Source: an uncultured Candidatus Kuenenia sp. (lineage in GTDB: Bacteria > Planctomycetota > Planctomycetia > Pirellulales > UBA1268). Taken from it: a stretch of 52,442 bases of DNA. The position numbers and the translations under genes are program-made. Below the pieces are notes generated by a model. It did not search any database, had not been told where the DNA came from, and saw only the letters and a program-made list of their open reading frames with translations. The number at the start of each line of letters is the position of its first letter. Within the stretch, counting starts at the first letter, position 1. The stretch spans positions 1 to 52,442 of the forward strand of contig CAZCHF010000016.1 in NCBI GenBank assembly GCA_964498325.1, written 5' to 3'. Positions 19,134 to 28,500 of the stretch are shown here, one piece after another.

Positions 19134-20222
19134 ATGATCACCATGCCCGTCCTTTCGTTGTCGCACCGCCTGTGGCTGCTAGCCGTGGCAGCCGCGATGA
19201 CCTGTGCCGGCAGTGGCTGCACGACGGTGCTCAGCACGGCGTCGCTTCGCGACTTGGTCTTGGGAATCGACGATCGTGTCGACGAAGGTACGATCCCATC
19301 CCAGAACGATTCTGAAGCCTCGGGCGGGGACGGGGAGGACGACGCTGCCGACGCCGAGCGGCGGGCCGCCGCGATTGAAGAGGCCATCAGCCGGCTCTCG
19401 AAGGTGGGCGAACTGGACGACGCGGCACGCGACTCGCTCGTGGCCACGCTCCAACGGACAAACCAGGAAGATTGGCCAGTCGTCGTCGAGGCCTTTGCGG
19501 AGTCGCTTGCCGCTGCACCGGCGCCCCATGTCGTTGCCAAGGCAGACCTCGACACGGGCTCAACCACGGTCGAGGAATCGCCTGCGATCGTCGGTGCCCC
19601 CGCGACGGAGCCCGAGCCCGAAGCTCCCTCTTCGTCCCCGGCAGAAACGATCACCGAAGTCGCGATGGAATCCACAGCGCCGATCGCGCCGGCCGTTGCC
19701 GTCAGTGTCGCGCCAGACCCAGCCCCGGTTCCTGAACCAGAACCGTCTCCGCCTGCCGAATCGACACCTGAACCGACGGGAACGTCGACTCCAGTACCAC
19801 CGCCATCCCCTGCTCTCACGATCCGAAACGCTGCCTTTGCGAAACGCGTTCAGGCGTGGGGGGTACTCGATCGCTTTGAAGCCAGTCGGTTTCGTCCAGG
19901 CCAGGAAGTGATCGTCTACTTCGAGCTCGAGAACCTTTCCACTGGCGAATCAGCGGCGGGCCACACCACGTGCATCGACTCACGGCTTCGCTGCGTGACC
20001 GGCACGGGCGATGTGGTTCATGAATGGACGTTCGAGCCGATCGCCGAAACGTGCCGGGCAAGGCGGCACGACTACTTTGCACGGTACGTGATTCGGATCC
20101 CGTCAGAAGCCAAGCCCGGTCTTCACCGCATCGAGCTTGACGTCACCGACACGCTCTCCGGCCAAAAGGCCGTCGAGGCCATCGATCTGGAAATCCAGCC
20201 GCCGCAGCGCACGGCTGAGTGA
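19134..20222 (+). CDS. Hypothetical lipoprotein with Pro/Glu-rich linker and C-terminal globular domain
   Basis: Lipobox-like LLAVAAAMTCAGSGC after an ATG at 19134. Long PEPEP-type linker. The stop overlaps the next ABC ATPase gene. Confidence 0.55.
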   Translation: MITMPVLSLSHRLWLLAVAAAMTCAGSGCTTVLSTASLRDLVLGIDDRVDEGTIPSQNDSEASGGDGEDDAADAERRAAAIEEAISRLSKVGELDDAARDSLVATLQRTNQEDWPVVVEAFAESLAAAPAPHVVAKADLDTGSTTVEESPAIVGAPATEPEPEAPSSSPAETITEVAMESTAPIAPAVAVSVAPDPAPVPEPEPSPPAESTPEPTGTSTPVPPPSPALTIRNAAFAKRVQAWGVLDRFEASRFRPGQEVIVYFELENLSTGESAAGHTTCIDSRLRCVTGTGDVVHEWTFEPIAETCRARRHDYFARYVIRIPSEAKPGLHRIELDVTDTLSGQKAVEAIDLEIQPPQRTAE

Positions 20223-21031
20223 CGCATTCGCGCGCCCGTGGTCAGTCTTCGCCCGGGTCGGTACATTGCTTCTTGCACGAAGGAGTCGATACCGCCTGGA
20301 GCGCCCCTTTGCCGATCATTCGCGCCGAAAAGCTCGAAAAGACGTTCACGTCGGCGGCCGGGGCCACGGTCATGGCCGTGCGCGGGGTCGACCTGGGCGT
20401 CGAAGCGGGCGAGTTTCTGGCGATCACAGGCGCCTCCGGATCGGGGAAGAGCACGCTCCTCCACCTTCTCGGCGGAATCACGCGCCCCACGGCCGGCTCG
20501 ATTTTTCTCGAAGACACCGACCTGGCCACGCTCGACGATGACGCTCTGGCCGCGATCCGTCGCCGCCGCATCGGGTTCGTGTTTCAGCGCTACAACCTTT
20601 TGCCCGAACTCTCGCTTGTCGAGAACGTCGCGCTGCCGCTCGTGCTCGATGGCGGTCCCTCCGCCGCCGCGACCACGGCAGCCCGCGAAGCTCTTGCAGC
20701 CGTGGGCATGGCGCACCGTGCCGACCACCGCCCCGACGCACTCTCCGGTGGTGAGCAGCAGCGAGGTGCCGTGGCCCGCGCCCTCGTGACAAACCCGGCG
20801 ATCGTCCTGGCCGATGAGCCGACCGGCGCCCTCGATTCGGAAAACTCCGCCCTCGTTCTCGACCTTCTGCGTCAGGTGGTGACCGAACGAAACCAAACGC
20901 TCGTCTTGATCACCCACGATCCCGGTGTCGCAGCCGCGGCCGGTCGCATCGTGCGCATGCGCGATGGTCGCATCTCGCAGATCGTGACAGGGGATGCTGC
21001 CATGGTTCCCGTAGGGGCCGAGCGGCCATGA
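20219..21031 (+). CDS. ABC transporter ATP-binding protein (FtsE/MacB/LolD family)
   Basis: Walker A GASGSGKST, signature LSGGEQQRGAVARAL, Walker B ILADEPTGALD. 4-bp overlaps with both neighbouring genes. Confidence 0.85.
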   Translation: MTHSRARGQSSPGSVHCFLHEGVDTAWSAPLPIIRAEKLEKTFTSAAGATVMAVRGVDLGVEAGEFLAITGASGSGKSTLLHLLGGITRPTAGSIFLEDTDLATLDDDALAAIRRRRIGFVFQRYNLLPELSLVENVALPLVLDGGPSAAATTAAREALAAVGMAHRADHRPDALSGGEQQRGAVARALVTNPAIVLADEPTGALDSENSALVLDLLRQVVTERNQTLVLITHDPGVAAAAGRIVRMRDGRISQIVTGDAAMVPVGAERP

Positions 21032-23547
21032 GGCTCGGGAACCTCCTGCTGCGTCAGTGGCGTTCGCGGCCCGGCCGCGCGATCGCCACGGCGGCCAGCA
21101 TTGCGGTCGCTGTCGGGGCCATCGTCGCCACATGGGTGTCCGCAAGCGTCTCGCGCAGCGGCTACAACCGGCTCGCCGAAGTGATCGACGGCTATCCCAC
21201 CGTCGATGTGCTGGCCCGTGGCGGCGGACGTTTCGTGTCGGATGAGGTTCCTCCGATCGCCGATGTGCCGGGGGTTCGCGCGACCGTGCCGCTGATCTAC
21301 CGGCCGACACTCCTTCGTGTCGACGAGAACCGCGTGCGCGAAATCGCAGTGGGTGTCGACGCCGCCGGCCTCGTCAGCCTCGGGCTCTTGGAACTCGAAG
21401 CTGGGCAACCTTGCCGCGAGGAAGACGAATGCCTTCTCGATGCGACGCTCGCCGGAAGCCTCGGGCTCACGGTCGGCGATGAAGTCCTTTTCTTTGCGAG
21501 ACGGCGGATCGAACGCATGCGAGTCACCGGCCTCGTGAAGCCTGGTTCCATGAATTGGTTTGCCGAAGGGGCCGGCGTGATCGTGGACATTCGCCCTCTC
21601 ACGGCACTTTCGCGAGCCACGGGCATGGTGGACCGGATTCGCGTCGTCCTCGCGTCTGATGCGAGTCGCCCCGGAGTTCGAAAGGCCATCAGCGAACGGC
21701 TTCCCGAGAACCTCATGGCGGAGATCCCGGCAGGCCGCGCGAGCCTCGCCGAAGACGTTCTCCATGCCGCCAACCTCGGCCTCGACTTTGTCACGGGGCT
21801 CACCGTGGCGATGGCCTTTTTCATCGTCGGCAACGCGATGCTCATGAACGTGTCGGAGCGGCGGCGTGGTTTTTCGCTCCTGCGGCTTCTGGGGGCGACG
21901 GCCAAGCAGATCCGGCAGTTCGTGTCGGTGGAGGCGGCCCTTCTCGGCGCCGCGGGGGGGATCATCGGAGCCGCGATCGGGCGGGCGGCTGCGGGGCCCA
22001 TCACCGAGGGAATCGCGCAGGCGCTCCAGCATCCGGCTGCCGCTGCGAAGGCCGCGCCCTGGATCGTGCCGGCGGCGATCGTGTCAGGGGTTTGCATCGC
22101 CGTGGCCGCTGCGTGGTGGCCCGCTCGAGAAGCAGGCCGCGTCGACCTGCTCGAAGGGGTTGCCTCGGCGCCTCCACCACCGCCGACCGGAATCTCATGG
22201 CGGTTCGTGATCGCAGTGATCGTGCTGACGAGCGTTGCGATGACCATCCAGGCATTGGTCATTCTCGGCATCATTCCGCCGCGAATGAGTATCCCAGGGG
22301 GCATCGGCCTCATGATGGCCTTCATCGCGACGACCCCGCTTCTCCTGCCGCCGGTCGTCAAGATTCTTGCGTTCTTCGTGCCGCCGAGCCTGAAGATCGA
22401 AGGCATGCTCGCGGTTGAGCAGATTCTCCGGCAGCCAGTCCGTACGGCCCTGACCACCGGCGTGTTGGTCGTTGCCGTGAGCAATGGCATCGGGCTCGGC
22501 CATGTGATCCGCGACAACGTGGAAGACGTCCTCGGTTGGTACGGCCGCATGATGAAGGCCGACTGGGTTCTTTCGAGAGCCGGCCTGCTTCAGGGGGTGT
22601 CGGAGTCGCAGCCGGCTGACTCGCAGGACAAGGGCACCGAGGAGCAACTCCGAGGGATCCCCGGCGTGGCAGCGGTCGAAGGCGTCGGTGTGACGACCGG
22701 GCGGGCCGCAGGGAGCGCCTGTGTGATCGTCGCTCGTGACATTCCGGATCAGGGGCCGCTTCCGCTCGAGCCGATCGATGCCACGGAGGAGCAGGTTCGC
22801 GAGGCGCTCGCCCGCGGTGAAGCAGTGGCCGGCACCGTGCTCGCCCGACGCACCGGCATCAAGCCGGGGGATGAAGTGCAGGTGGAAGTCTTCGGCCGGA
22901 CCGTTCCCGTGAGAATCGCGGCGTTCATGGTCGACTACACAAGTGGTGGATCATCCTTGCTCGTGCGCCGCGACATCGGCCGAACCCTCTTCGGCATGAA
23001 GGCCCCGGACATCCTCCTGGTGACTGCCGCCGCGGGACAGCGCGAAGCCCTGCGCGAGCCGCTCGACGCGATCGCGACGGAGGAAGGGTTGCTCCTGCGT
23101 TCCTTCGGCGAGGTGCGACAACTCGTCGACCGCATCGTGCAAGGGCTCGTCGGATCACTCTGGGCCATTCTCGGCCTCGGATTCGTCGTCGGGAGCCTTG
23201 GCGTGGCCAACACCGTGACGATGAGCGTGCTCGAAAAGAAGCGAACGCTCGGGCTCCTGCGGGCCGTCGGGATGACGCGCGGCCAAGTCACGCGGATGGT
23301 TGTGCTCGAAAGCGTTCTCCTGGCCGCAGCGGGAAGCGTCATCGGCCTCGCGGCTGGAATGGTGACAGCGGTCTTCATCCAGCTTTCGAGTCAGCCGTTG
23401 CTCGGCCATCCGATCAGCGTGACCTTTCGACCGGGTGTCGTGGCCACGAACCTCGCCGCCGCGATCGCGGTGACGGCCGTGGCCGCGTGGCTCCCCGCCC
23501 AGCGAGCCGTCCGCATGGATCTGCTCGAAGCAATCTCGACCGAGTAA
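21028..23547 (+). CDS. ABC transporter permease with two FtsX/MacB-type 4-TM domains (about 839 aa)
   Basis: Two repeats of the FtsX-domain pattern (…LLRLLGATAKQIRQ… and …LLRAVGMTRGQVTR…), separated by large periplasmic domains. Confidence 0.85.
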   Translation: MRLGNLLLRQWRSRPGRAIATAASIAVAVGAIVATWVSASVSRSGYNRLAEVIDGYPTVDVLARGGGRFVSDEVPPIADVPGVRATVPLIYRPTLLRVDENRVREIAVGVDAAGLVSLGLLELEAGQPCREEDECLLDATLAGSLGLTVGDEVLFFARRRIERMRVTGLVKPGSMNWFAEGAGVIVDIRPLTALSRATGMVDRIRVVLASDASRPGVRKAISERLPENLMAEIPAGRASLAEDVLHAANLGLDFVTGLTVAMAFFIVGNAMLMNVSERRRGFSLLRLLGATAKQIRQFVSVEAALLGAAGGIIGAAIGRAAAGPITEGIAQALQHPAAAAKAAPWIVPAAIVSGVCIAVAAAWWPAREAGRVDLLEGVASAPPPPPTGISWRFVIAVIVLTSVAMTIQALVILGIIPPRMSIPGGIGLMMAFIATTPLLLPPVVKILAFFVPPSLKIEGMLAVEQILRQPVRTALTTGVLVVAVSNGIGLGHVIRDNVEDVLGWYGRMMKADWVLSRAGLLQGVSESQPADSQDKGTEEQLRGIPGVAAVEGVGVTTGRAAGSACVIVARDIPDQGPLPLEPIDATEEQVREALARGEAVAGTVLARRTGIKPGDEVQVEVFGRTVPVRIAAFMVDYTSGGSSLLVRRDIGRTLFGMKAPDILLVTAAAGQREALREPLDAIATEEGLLLRSFGEVRQLVDRIVQGLVGSLWAILGLGFVVGSLGVANTVTMSVLEKKRTLGLLRAVGMTRGQVTRMVVLESVLLAAAGSVIGLAAGMVTAVFIQLSSQPLLGHPISVTFRPGVVATNLAAAIAVTAVAAWLPAQRAVRMDLLEAISTE

Positions 23548-23567
23548 ACGTTCCAACGGAGTTCGCC

Positions 23568-24959
23568 ATGCGCCCTTCGATGTCCGCGACGGTGGCGAGT
23601 GCTTGTGTCGTGACCGTGATCGCGCTGGCGGCCGCAGGCCGGGCAGGCGACGACGTGCCTGCCGAAACACTGCCGCCCGACATTGCAACGCGGCCGGGTG
23701 AAGACTGGCCCGACTTTCTCGGGCCGCGCCGCAATGGAACGTCGGCCGAGCGTGGCGTGTCATTCGACTGGCCCGAGAAGGGCCCGCGGATCGTGTGGCA
23801 GGCGAAACTCGGCACCGGCTACGCCGCGCCGTCCGTTGCCCGCGGCCGGCTCTATCACTTCGATCGCCATGGTGACGAGGATCGGCTCGTCTGCCGTGAA
23901 GCGGAAACCGGCAAGGAGCTTTGGAGCATCGCCTCGCCCACGGGCTATGACGACATGCTCGGCTACAACAACGGCCCACGGTGCTCGCCGGTCGTCGACG
24001 GCAATCGCGTCTACACCTTCAGCGCCGAGGGGAGGCTTCGCTGTGTCGATGCCACGGTCGGCAAGCCCGTGTGGGAGGTCGACACCCAGAAGGAGTTTCA
24101 CGTCGTTCGCAATTTTTTCGGCGTGGGCAGCACACCACTGGTGTGGGGTGATCTCCTCATCGTGAACATCGGTGGTAGCCCGCCAGGTGGACCGCCCGAC
24201 ATCTACGCGGCCCGTGGTAACGTCCAGGGGAACGGCACGGGAGTGGTCGCATTCGACAAGCGAACCGGACAGGTCGCTTGGAAGGCCAGCGACGAACTGG
24301 CGAGCTATTCCAGCCCCATCGCCGCCGAGATCGACGGCCGACCGTGGTGCTTTGTGTATGCCCGCGGAGGCCTTGTCGGCCTCGATCCTCGCACTGGCGC
24401 CGTCGACTTCGAGTACCCCTGGCGGGCACCACTCCTCGAGAGTGCGATTGCGTCGACTCCGGTCGTCATCGGCGATGAGGTTTTCATTTCGGAATCGTAC
24501 GCCGTCGGCAGTTCACTCCTGAAAGTAAGCCCTGGTCGTTTCGATGTCGTCTGGAAAGACGATCGCAAGACTCGTGACAAAGCACTGCTCCTCCACTGGA
24601 ACACGCCGGTCTTCCACGAAGGCTTTCTCTACGGGAGCAGCGGGCGTCACGAGGGCAATGCCGAGCTTCGTTGCATCGAATGGAAGACGGGCACGGTGCG
24701 GTGGAGCCAGCCGGCGCTCGGTCGCTCATCACTCACGTCCGTCGACGGCCACTTCATTTGCCTGTCGGAAAACGGGAGCCTCCACGTTCTGCGGGCCACG
24801 CCCGACGCCTACACACCGGTGCGAAGCGTCACACTGGTGGACGACGCCGGTGAAGATCTGCTCGCAGCTCCCGCCTGGACCGCGCCGGTCATCGCCCGCG
24901 GCCTGCTCTACGTCCGTGGCGACGATCGCCTCGTCTGCCTCGACCTCCGCGGGAAGTGA
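23568..24959 (+). CDS. Secreted PQQ-like beta-propeller repeat protein, paralog 2
   Basis: Signal peptide MRPSMSATVASACVVTVIALAAAG. Blade motifs are shared with 11331-12743 (GYAAPSVARGRLY, FFGVGSTPLV, GVVAFDKRTGQV, RCIEWKTGTVRWSQP). Confidence 0.8.
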   Translation: MRPSMSATVASACVVTVIALAAAGRAGDDVPAETLPPDIATRPGEDWPDFLGPRRNGTSAERGVSFDWPEKGPRIVWQAKLGTGYAAPSVARGRLYHFDRHGDEDRLVCREAETGKELWSIASPTGYDDMLGYNNGPRCSPVVDGNRVYTFSAEGRLRCVDATVGKPVWEVDTQKEFHVVRNFFGVGSTPLVWGDLLIVNIGGSPPGGPPDIYAARGNVQGNGTGVVAFDKRTGQVAWKASDELASYSSPIAAEIDGRPWCFVYARGGLVGLDPRTGAVDFEYPWRAPLLESAIASTPVVIGDEVFISESYAVGSSLLKVSPGRFDVVWKDDRKTRDKALLLHWNTPVFHEGFLYGSSGRHEGNAELRCIEWKTGTVRWSQPALGRSSLTSVDGHFICLSENGSLHVLRATPDAYTPVRSVTLVDDAGEDLLAAPAWTAPVIARGLLYVRGDDRLVCLDLRGK

Positions 24960-25150
24960 TTCTTCCCCTCTGTCCTTGTCGCGGCCGATCTCCCTGAGCA
25001 CACACCGGCTTTTCCCGAGCCGGAATGGTGGTGGTCGCCCTCTGCCACCCAACGTCGTCTCCTTGCGGAAGGGCCGTCGACCGTTCTATCCTTCTGTTCT
25101 GCGCGGGATGGAAGTACCTTCAACCGTGAGCTCATTGAAGAGATTTGTTG

Positions 25151-27280
25151 ATGCTACTCCACGAATGTGCGCGCGGACATCAGTGGCAGGGTTCGGAAAG
25201 CGCCGATGACGTTTGCCCGAACTGCGGCGCTCCCGCCGAGACGGTTCGAATGGCCGGAAACAACCTGGAGACCAGCCCTCATGTCACCGGACCAGGCAAT
25301 GAGCCGGCCGAGACGATCGCGGGCGACTCGGTCCCGGCCGGATCGACCGGAGTCCCCGTATCCTTCCCGAAGCTCGAAGGATATGTCATCGAGAAAGAAC
25401 TCGGCCGGGGCGGCATGGGCGTTGTGTACAAGGCGAAGCACCTCAAGCTCGAGCGGTCGGTCGCCATCAAAATGATCCTGGGGGCCGCCGCGGCAGACCC
25501 GGAGTATCGCCATCGCTTCCAGATCGAAGTACGGGCCGTTGCCCAGTTGCAGCACCCCAACGTCGTGCAGATCTTCGAGGTCGGTGAGCATGAGGGGCAA
25601 CCGTACTCGGCCTTCGAGTTTCTCGAAGGGGGCAGTCTCGACGACAAATACAAGGGCAAGCCACAACCGTTCCGTGAAGCGGCGAAACTCATCGAGACGC
25701 TGGCCCGCGGCATTCACGCTGCCCACGAACAGCGCATCGTCCATCGCGATCTCAAGCCGGCCAACATCCTTTTCACCAAGGACGGCACGGCCAAGATCTC
25801 CGACTTCGGCCTCGCCAAGCGGGTCGATTCGGATATCGGCAAAACCCAGACCGGCATGATCATGGGCACGCCGGGCTACATGGCCCCCGAGCAGGCTTCA
25901 GGCCACACCAATCTCATCGGTCCTCCTGCCGACATCTACGCCCTTGGTGCCATGCTCTACGAGCTTTTGACCGGGAGGCCGCCGTTTGTTGCCAACACTG
26001 GATGGGACGTCATCAGCAAGGTCGTCTCCGAGGAGCCGCGTCCGCCATCGACACTTCGCCGTCAGGTGCCGCGCGACCTGGAAACGATCTGTCTCAAGTG
26101 CCTCGAGAAGTCGCCGGATCGCCGCTACTCCAGTGCCGCGGGGCTGGCCGACGAGCTTCGCTCCTTCCTCGACGGCGACTCGATCCAAGCTCGCCCGGTG
26201 GGCCGTCTCGAACGCACGCTGCGATGGGCTCGGCGGAATCCCGGCCTGGCTTCCGCCGTTGCCACGATGCTCGTTGCCGTCGGCGTGTTCGGCGGCGCAT
26301 TCGCGGTCATTCGGAACGCCACGGCCGGCCACGGCGCACCGTTCGTCGTCAACACGCCGCTCGGCCTGCCGCCGGTGACCGTGCCGGGCGACAACCCGCT
26401 CACCGTGGAGAAAGTGTCCCTTGGCGAGCAGCTCTTCTTCGATCCTCGGCTCTCGAAGGACAACTCCGTGAGCTGCGCGACGTGCCACGTGCCGTCGAAC
26501 GGCTACGGCGATGGGCTGGACACCAGCGTCGGCATCGGAGGGCAGAAGGTGAGTCGCAACTCGCCGACGATCGTCAATAGCGCGTACTGGCATCAGCTCT
26601 TCTGGGACGGTCGGGCGCACAGCCTCGAAGAACAGGCCCTGGGCCCGCTATTCAATCCGGCCGAGATGGGACTGTCCCGCCACACCGAGCTCGAGGAAAG
26701 ACTCAACGCCATTCCTGGATACCGAAAGCAGTTTCAGGCGGTCTTCCGAACTGACGTGACGACACACAACGTCGCCAAAGCGATCGCCGCCTTCGAACGG
26801 ACGCTCGTGGCGGGCAACGCACCTTTCGATCGCTTCAAGGCGGGCGATGAGTCCGCACTGTCCGAGCAAGCCCAGCGTGGCTTGAAGCTATTCTTGAACA
26901 AAGCGCATTGCAGCGCCTGCCATGTAGGGCCCTCGTTCAGCGACGGCGGCTACCACAACCTCGGCGTCAGCATCGACACCGATAATCCCGATATCGGTCG
27001 GCAAGCGGAGCACAACCTGCTCGGCAATCGCGGCGCCTTCAAAACCCCTTCGCTCCGCGACATCGCCCGCTCCGCGCCCTATATGCACGACGGGAGCATT
27101 GCGACCCTCGAGGAGGTCGTGGAGTTCTACAACAGGGGGGGCACGCCAAACGCCCAGCTCGACGAGGAGATCTTCCCGCTCAACCTCACCGACCAAGAGA
27201 AGCAAGACCTGGTCACGTTCCTGAAAGAAGGGCTCACCAGTGACGACTATCCCGAGATCCAGCCCCCGAAACTGCCCTAG
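25151..27280 (+). CDS. Transmembrane Ser/Thr protein kinase (Hanks-type) with N-terminal zinc-ribbon-like segment and a C-terminal periplasmic di-heme cytochrome c peroxidase (CCP/MauG-family) domain
   Basis: Kinase motifs GRGGMGVVYKA, HRDLKPANIL, DFGLA, GTPGYMAPE. One TM helix (LASAVATMLVAVGVFGGAFAVI, ~26243-26310). Two CxxCH heme sites (CATCH ~26473-26487, CSACH ~26909-26923). CCP signatures FWDGRA and FKTPSLRDIARSAPYMHDGS. The first ATG is at 25151; the listed 25145 is a TTG. Confidence 0.85.
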   Translation: MLLHECARGHQWQGSESADDVCPNCGAPAETVRMAGNNLETSPHVTGPGNEPAETIAGDSVPAGSTGVPVSFPKLEGYVIEKELGRGGMGVVYKAKHLKLERSVAIKMILGAAAADPEYRHRFQIEVRAVAQLQHPNVVQIFEVGEHEGQPYSAFEFLEGGSLDDKYKGKPQPFREAAKLIETLARGIHAAHEQRIVHRDLKPANILFTKDGTAKISDFGLAKRVDSDIGKTQTGMIMGTPGYMAPEQASGHTNLIGPPADIYALGAMLYELLTGRPPFVANTGWDVISKVVSEEPRPPSTLRRQVPRDLETICLKCLEKSPDRRYSSAAGLADELRSFLDGDSIQARPVGRLERTLRWARRNPGLASAVATMLVAVGVFGGAFAVIRNATAGHGAPFVVNTPLGLPPVTVPGDNPLTVEKVSLGEQLFFDPRLSKDNSVSCATCHVPSNGYGDGLDTSVGIGGQKVSRNSPTIVNSAYWHQLFWDGRAHSLEEQALGPLFNPAEMGLSRHTELEERLNAIPGYRKQFQAVFRTDVTTHNVAKAIAAFERTLVAGNAPFDRFKAGDESALSEQAQRGLKLFLNKAHCSACHVGPSFSDGGYHNLGVSIDTDNPDIGRQAEHNLLGNRGAFKTPSLRDIARSAPYMHDGSIATLEEVVEFYNRGGTPNAQLDEEIFPLNLTDQEKQDLVTFLKEGLTSDDYPEIQPPKLP

Positions 27281-27298
27281 CACCCCGAGACATCCCTC

Positions 27299-28399
27299 GT
27301 GAAAAGAGCCTTCACTTCACGCCGCTGCCTGGCCGCCGGATTCATACTGGCATGCCTATACCTGGGCGGCTGCGGGAGATCGAACGACACCCCCGCGTCC
27401 ACAGGCCGCGATCAGGCGGGGGCCCAGGGCACCAGGGCGATCGCGGATGAATTCGTCGAGCCCGAATTCGTCGTCGGGGGGCTCGTCAACCCGAGCGGCA
27501 TCGCCATCCAGCCCGGCAGCAACCACATCTTCGTCGCCTCGAAGAACGGCGTAGCCCGCATCGTTCCGGGCGAGAATGCGGTCCTCCACGACGAGATCGT
27601 CGGCTTTCCTACCGACGAGTACGGCAAGGGGCCGGCGTACGAGCTTGGCCCGCTTGGCCTTGCCTTCCTGGACGACACAACGCTCGTCGTTGGCGACGGC
27701 AGCCTCCCAGACGGTGAAGAACTCGTGCGGCTCTACGACGTCGGTGCCGAGCCGCTGCCCGTCGACAAAGTCAAAGATGCCGATGAAATGCGCGCGTCGG
27801 CCGGGCCGATCACGCCCGATCCCGACGTCTCCGTGAATGGCGAAGGTAACTTCTACGGCGTTGCCGTGCTCGGCAACGACATCTTTGTCACCGGCAATGG
27901 CGACGACACAAAAGGCTGGATCAGCAGGGTCAGGTATGAGAGAGACTCGAAACTCGAGCTCGAACCGTTTATTGCGACGAAAGTTGCCACCGAGACCGAT
28001 GCCCCGGCGGGCATCACCACGAGGGACGGCCAGCTCGTGGTGAGCCAGCTCGGTGAGGTGACGACGCACAACGCCGACAGCCTGCTCGCGTTCTATGATC
28101 CGGGTAAGGGCAATATCCTCGAGAATCGGACTGTCGGCCTCAAGGACGTGTGTGGCATCGCCTACAGCCCGAGGACTGACAAGCTCTACGCGGTCGATTT
28201 TTCTTGGTCGGACGCCTCGGCTGGCGGGCTCTATCGCCTCGACATCGAGGCTGACACGGTGCAGGTGACTCGCATCGCCAAGCTCGATCGGCCCACGGCA
28301 CTCGCCTTCGCCCCCGACGGCACGCTCTACGTCACCCTGATCGGCACCGCTCACCAAGACAGCAAGCCAGGCCAGGTCATCACCTTCAAGGGCCTTTGA
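27299..28399 (+). CDS. Lipoprotein with beta-propeller-like (NHL/SMP-30-like) repeats
   Basis: Lipobox ILACLYLGGCG. Repeated G-x-A/x-I/V-D blade-like segments (PSGIAIQPGSNHIFVA, FYGVAVLGNDIFVTG, GIAYSPRTDKLYAVD, ALAFAPDGTLYVT). GTG start 18 nt after the kinase stop. Confidence 0.65.
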   Translation: MKRAFTSRRCLAAGFILACLYLGGCGRSNDTPASTGRDQAGAQGTRAIADEFVEPEFVVGGLVNPSGIAIQPGSNHIFVASKNGVARIVPGENAVLHDEIVGFPTDEYGKGPAYELGPLGLAFLDDTTLVVGDGSLPDGEELVRLYDVGAEPLPVDKVKDADEMRASAGPITPDPDVSVNGEGNFYGVAVLGNDIFVTGNGDDTKGWISRVRYERDSKLELEPFIATKVATETDAPAGITTRDGQLVVSQLGEVTTHNADSLLAFYDPGKGNILENRTVGLKDVCGIAYSPRTDKLYAVDFSWSDASAGGLYRLDIEADTVQVTRIAKLDRPTALAFAPDGTLYVTLIGTAHQDSKPGQVITFKGL

Positions 28400-28500
28400 C
28401 GAGGAAGTGAGACTGACTCCCTTGTCCTCCTCCCTCGAGAAACCATGCGGCGCTCGCCGAGTCGTTTGCTTGATTGAGGCCGTGACCTTTCGATCCTGCG

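Noticed and set aside
20123-22550. Three long minus-strand ORFs (395, 386 and 417 aa)
   Set aside because: Antisense to the ABC ATPase and FtsX permease genes. Low-complexity Arg/Pro/Ala-rich translations.
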